Shown here: positions 58,688-64,000 of the stretch, in pieces
How the letters are laid out: each line of letters opens with the position of its first letter
Numbering within the stretch: position 1 is the first letter of the stretch
Assembly (NCBI RefSeq): GCF_001194135.2
Contig: NC_069006.1
Span: forward strand, 25,979,054 to 26,043,053
DNA from: Octopus bimaculoides
Taxonomy: Eukaryota
DNA length: 64,000 bases
Direction: 5' to 3'
Translations under genes and position numbers: made by a program
Notes under the pieces: generated by a model
What the model was told of the DNA's origin: nothing
Seen by the model: the letters and a program-made list of their open reading frames with translations, nothing else
The model's database searches: none

Positions 58688-60537
58688 AGAACTCGGTGAA
58701 GAATCCAATTCTTCTGGAACTGCAACAATATTCAGCCCTTTTTTTAATACCAACCCACCTGATCCTATCCTTGGTTTTTATGATATAAACTTCATGCTTT
58801 CAAAGGATCTCAGTTAAAATCCTCCAGCAACATTTCATGTTGATTTATGCTTCAAAAACCAGCTTAATTACAACAACGTAATTTCACTAAATTGTTTGTT
58901 ATTTTCAAATTTAATTGGAACAAAAGCAGGATGTATTTCAATAGAAATATAGTCAGAACTAGTTTGACTAAAATAGAGTTTAGTAAAAAGGGGGAGAGGG
59001 GAAGAGATGATGATGATGATGCTGATGTGTGGATTGATTCACTGAAATGTAATACCTGGCTATGGATTATACAGGGAGCAGTTTAATCAGACTGGATAAT
59101 CTAAAGCAAACAGGACATACACTTCATACACTTCTCTGATGCAGCTGCACTGGAGTGTGTATAAATAAGTGTATATACAAATAGAGAGAGAAATATATAG
59201 TATATCTTGTGTGTACAGTTAGATGTATGACTGCTTCTGTTCAGTTCAGAGCTCATATATATATATATATATATATATATANNNNNNNNNNNNNNNNNNN
59301 NNNNNNNNNNNNNNNNNNNNNNNNNNNNNNNNNNNNNNNNNNNNNNNNNNNNNNNNNNNNNNNNNNNNNNNNNNNNNNNNNNNNNNNNNNNNNNNNNNNN
59401 NNNNNNNNNNNNNNNNNNNNNNNNNNNNNNNNNNNNNNNNNNNNNNNNNNNNNNNNNNNNNNNNNNNNNNNNNNNNNNNNNNNNNNNNNNNNNNNNNNNN
59501 NNNNNNNNNNNNNNNNNNNNNNNNNNNNNNNNNNNNNNNNNNNNNNNNNNNNNNNNNNNNNNNNNNNNNNNNNNNNNNNNNNNNNNNNNNNNNNNNNNNN
59601 NNNNNNNNNNNNNNNNNNNNNNNNNNNNNNNNNNNNNNNNNNNNNNNNNNNNNNNNNNNNNNTATATATATATATATATATATATTCCTCTGAGAGGTTA
59701 AAAATGGCTGCAAAAGGTCTGAAATCTGAGCAACAGGAAATAATTGTGTAGATATGTAACAGATCTTCTGTGGAGGTTTTGTGTCTCCCTTTTTTTTTTT
59801 TATGAAATGAAACTGTTTTATATGGAGACATGCACACACGTAGATATGTAAATGTGTGTGTGTAGTGTGTAATATCTGTGACTGTTAACCCTTTAACACC
59901 CCTTGTTAATAAAGGGTTACACATCAAATGCTAGAATCTTATAGGGATAAACGGATAAAGTTGGTAATTAGGGAATGCTGAAAATTAACAAAAATATGCT
60001 ACAGAACATATGAATAAATTTACTCTGTATCATAAAGTTTATCTAAATAGTACATGTATGTGTGTGTTTATGTATGTATATATATATGTATGTATATATA
60101 AGGAGAGAGAATCAGAGAGAGAGAGGGAGGGAGAGACATAGGTATGTATATAATTCTATATAAACAAAATATATTAACAAAATACAGATACTAAACCATT
60201 ATTTTTTTATCCTCTGATATATTAATTGCTAAATCTATACCATCAAATGATTTGTTTTTGTAAATGATGCATATAAAAATAGTCTGTGAGAACCCGTGTA
60301 ATTCTAGCCCCCATATAAAGGTAAATGAAGACCAGCTACTGTTGATTCCTGGTTTGTATTTCTTAAACCCTTCTTTCCTGTATTTTCTCTGAGGTGTTGG
60401 GATGTAAGACTCTGCAACTGTTGTACAGAACAGTCAAAGAGATATTGGTTAGCAATTTCTATGTTAAAGAAATATATTTTTGTTTGGATCTCGTTTACAG
60501 GAATGAAAACGGTTTCCACTCACGCTATATAAATATA

Positions 60538-60571
<34 letters not shown>

Positions 60572-60731
60572 AAACAGACAAACTCATATGTGTGTACTTT
60601 ATATATATGTACACAGACACACACGTACGCACACACACTCACACACACATGTACACATACACGTATATATGTACACCCGCTTATAGGTATACATCAACAC
60701 GTGTATATTTGTGTGTGTGTATATGTGTGTT

Positions 60732-60936
60732 GTGTTTGTGTTTGTCTCCCCCACCATCACTTGACAGCTGATGTTGGTGTATATATGTCACTGTAACTCA
60801 GCAGTTTGGCAAAAAAGACCAATAGAATAATACTAAGCTTACAAAGAACAAGCCCTGGGGGTGATTTCTTTGACTAAAACCTTTTAAGGCAGTGCTCCAG
60901 TATGGCTACAGTCAGATGACTGAAAACAAGTGAAAG
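60732..60936 (+). mobile_element. SINE family A, 3' half
   Basis: CACTTGACAGCTGATGTTGGTG..GGCAAAAAAGACCAATAGAATAA..CTGGGG..GCAGTGCTCCAGTATGGC. Confidence 0.8.
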
Positions 60937-61373
60937 TACACAGAACTGATTTTTTTCTTCCTTGATGAGGGGGTGAAGCTTGAAATATCAGGCACTTTCT
61001 TGGTCCTATTAATAAACAATATGTTTATTCAAACCACTACACATCACCTTACAACATTTCTTTCCAGCATTTCTTTGCTATAAACTATATTTATCTCGCA
61101 TCTTTTTAATTGAAAACTTTCTCTGTTTCTTAATGAATTTTTCTTATCATCGTTATCAACATTCTGTTTCAAAAATAGGATGCAGGGACCGAAAACCAGG
61201 CAATTTATCATTTCAAATTGCCATTATTACAAAGATTATTAGAATACATGTAGTTTCCATTTTTTCCTTTTTAATTAGCATATCTTTCCCAATTAACTTA
61301 ATGACACCACTAATCACTGTTTTACTCTTTCTCTCTCATGCATATGTCCCCTTCGCTCTCTCTCATTTATACA

Positions 61374-61420
<47 letters not shown>

Positions 61421-62179
61421 NNNNNNNNNNNNNNNNNNNNNNNNNNNNNNNNNNNNNNNNNNNNNNNNNNNNNNNNNNNNNNNNNNNNNNNNNNNNNNNN
61501 NNNNNNNNNNNNNNNNNNNNNNNNNNNNNNNNNNNNNNNNNNNNNNNNNNNNNNNNNNNNNNNNNNNNNNNNNNNNNNNNNNNNNNNNNNNNNNNNNNNN
61601 NNNNNNNNNNNNNNNNNNNNNNNNNNNNNNNNNNNNNNNNNNNNNNNNNNNNNNNNNNNNNNNNNNNNNNNNNNNNNNNNNNNNNNNNNNNNNNNNNNNN
61701 NNNNNNNNNNNNNNNNNNNNNNNNNNNNNNNNNNNNNNNNNNNNNNNNNNNNNNNNNNNNNNNNNNNNNNNNNNNNNNNNNNNNNNNNNNGACTAAGAGT
61801 ACTGTTTGTTGGAATCAAAGCTATTTAGGTTCAGATCTTAAAACTCTTAACAACCAAAATACCAGCAGAAGCAGAAGAGAATGACTGACATTAATCCGCC
61901 TTGGAAAGTTTAGGATTCCTTTCGGTTACTTTTTTAAATTTGTTTTTTATATGTTTTTTTTTGTTTCTACTTTTATTTATTTATTTAATATTATGATCTT
62001 GGTGATGCCACAATCGGGATATATTAAAGGGGAGTTTGTGGAATGACAAATCATTTAATTGGTGTGAGGAGAAGCAAGTGTAATGTTTTGGGGGTTGTTG
62101 CCCTTCACCAGAAAGTTTCCATGTGCCAAGCAGCCAACCATCTTTTTTTCTTTCCTTTTGTTCTCTGATGAAGGTTTAA

Positions 62180-62405
62180 CCCCTTCGTTACCGTATTTCT
62201 GTTGAGATTCTCCGTATTTCTTTCAATTACTTTAAATATAACAAAGAATTTAGTAAAATAACTTCATTATTATTATTAAGCTGGTGTTAGGAACCTAAAT
62301 TGTGATTAAAGTTTGGTGGAAGATTTTAATTCAGAACTCATGAAAACAAGACATTTGTACTCAGAGCCCCAGAGGCGGTTTCAGCTGGGTTGGTCATGAA
62401 AGGGG
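62180..62405. mobile_element. piggyBac-type MITE
   Basis: TTAA (62176-62179), then CCCCTTCGTTACC; right end GGTCATGAAAGGGG is an imperfect inverted copy; right TSD degenerate. Confidence 0.6.
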
Positions 62406-63549
62406 AGTCCAAAACATAAGACTTTCTAATCTTTGCACCAGTAGAATTTGTTTGACATTCCAGGAACTTTTTTGTTTAATATTTACCAATGCAGACTCTT
62501 GTGTGTGTGTGTGTGTGTGTGTGTGTGCATAGTTAGTTGAGTGTGTATATATGAAATGTATGATGCAGATGTGTGTGGTTGTTTGTGTGTGTGTGGGGGG
62601 AGGGGTACCTAATTTCTTCATTAACGATTATAAACAAAAAGTTTCTCATTAGTCGTTTGCTGAGTCATTAAACCCTTCCCCCCCTCTCTCCCTCTCTCTC
62701 TCCATCTTTATCAGATCGTTTCCAATCACTGTTCCAGACCTTGTTTTCGCCCTTCTATTTCCCTATTTAGCCCCCATCNNNNNNNNNNNNNNNNNNNNNN
62801 NNNNNNNNNNNNNNNNNNNNNNNNNNNNNNNNNNNNNNNNNNNNNNNNNNNNNNNNNNNNNNNNNNNNNNNNNNNNNNNNNNNNNNNNNNNNNNNNNNNN
62901 NNNNNNNNNNNNNNNNNNNNNNNNNNNNNNNNNNNNNNNNNNNNNNNNNNGGTGAGGTGTTATTTATGCCCTTGGGCAAAAAAAAAAATCAAACATGCCC
63001 CCCCCACTTCCCGTCCCTGCACCCTCCCCTTCCCTCCATATACTGACAACAGGATTAAGCAATCTACCTTCCCTCCACCCCCACCCCTTGCCATTCCAAT
63101 CTATAATATACAGGACTAATCTGGTTATCTCTGCCCTCTTCACCACGTAATCTCTTGTCTCCATCTCTCTCCCTCTAGAACAACACACACACACACACAT
63201 ATAATACATATATAATACATATATACACATATACACACACACATGTATGTTGATGTCATAAGCACTTCATTCCAAGCCATCCACTTATTTTTCTTCTCTC
63301 TCCAATGTCTGAATATATTTTACTACTGTACACACTCACATACATGCATTCATACACACATGCACACACACACACACACACACACAGTCACACACACAAG
63401 CAGTTACACACACACACACAGACACACATCATTAACCATTTCCCTCCCATTCGGCACTTTTACATTTTGGAAGATTTTGAAAAAAGATATCACAAAAATA
63501 ATTGTAACGTAACAACAACAATGCAGATAATTAGTTAATGAATTCTAAA

Positions 63550-63858
63550 GAGTTCAGTTAGCATCTACCATTGTTGGTAACGAAGGGCATCTCCCTCAGA
63601 GCAAAAGGCAGACTCTATGATGCCTGTGTGCGAACATCCATTCTACATGGCAGTGAAATGTGGGCTGTGACCACCGAGGCCATGTGATGGCTTGAAAGAA
63701 ATGAAGTCAGTATGTTTCACTGGACGTGCAATGTCAGTGTGCATGCATGACAGAGTGTAAGTATCTTGAGAGAAAAGTTAGACATAAGAGGCATCAGATG
63801 TGGTGTGCGAGAGAGACGACTGCACTGGTGTGGTCATGTGGTACGTATGGATGAGGAC
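63550..63858 (+). pseudogene. RTE-clade LINE ORF remnant (region C-terminal to the RT domain)
   Basis: From 63565: LPLLVTKGISLRAKGRLYDACVRTSILHGSEMWAVTTEAM*WLERNEVSMFHWTCNVSVHA*QSVSILREKLDIRGIRCGVRERRLHWCGHVVRMDED; matches the RTE (Y/H)GSE(T)W and RL(R)W(Y)GHV(x)RM motifs; two in-frame TGA consistent with CGA>TGA decay. Confidence 0.9.
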
Positions 63859-63879
63859 GTATGTATATATATATATAGT

Positions 63880-64000
63880 TAAAAAAAACAATAACAAAAA
63901 AACAAAAAAAACAACAAAGTGAGGACGTGATATGGATAGTATTATTGGACGCTCAGGAAAGGAAAGAGAGAGTGTATGACGTTTCGGGCGTAGCCCTTCT
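63880..64000 (-). mobile_element. Penelope-like terminal repeat (family F-related) with hammerhead-like motif cut by the window edge
   Basis: Minus strand ..AGA A GGGC-TAC-GCCC GAAA CG TC ATACAC; downstream TTCCTGAGCGT..TAATAC similar to 26074-26095. Confidence 0.65.

Noticed and set aside
59885-59920. TTAA-CCCTTTAAC..GTTAATAAAGGG-TTAC mini inverted repeat
   Set aside because: Only about 28 bp; could be a collapsed piggyBac-type MITE but too short to support.

Overview
AT-rich eukaryotic genomic DNA from a fragmented assembly (15 N-gaps, about 5.1 kb, mostly bordered by (TA)n/(CA)n microsatellites). The SINE families and microsatellite load look like a coleoid cephalopod (Octopus); this is recognised from memory, not from a search. 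No complete protein-coding gene is recognisable, and nearly all ORFs in the track come from microsatellites or N-runs. The window is dominated by tRNA-derived SINEs (families I call A, B, C), RTE-type 3' tails (D), an RTE reverse-transcriptase remnant, mariner/hAT/piggyBac/Helentron-type remnants, and Penelope-like (PLE) terminal fragments. Two patterns stand out. (1) The window appears to lie inside very long + strand introns: four small candidate exons (donors after 12332, 26912, 32476, 56805) and four sites where a 3' splice site is fused directly to a 5' splice site (YAG|GT at 1333, 17453, 22811, 55496), all on +. This is the architecture of recursive-splicing ratchet points; the 55.5-kb site is followed by a 121-nt RS-exon-like segment with stops in all three frames. 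(2) Several PLE-type termini contain minimal type I hammerhead-ribozyme motifs: one nearly intact at 36602-36639 (-), a recurrent fold-back architecture in three copies, and a compensatory stem II change between two related copies. All calls come from manual reading and need RNA-seq and comparative checks.
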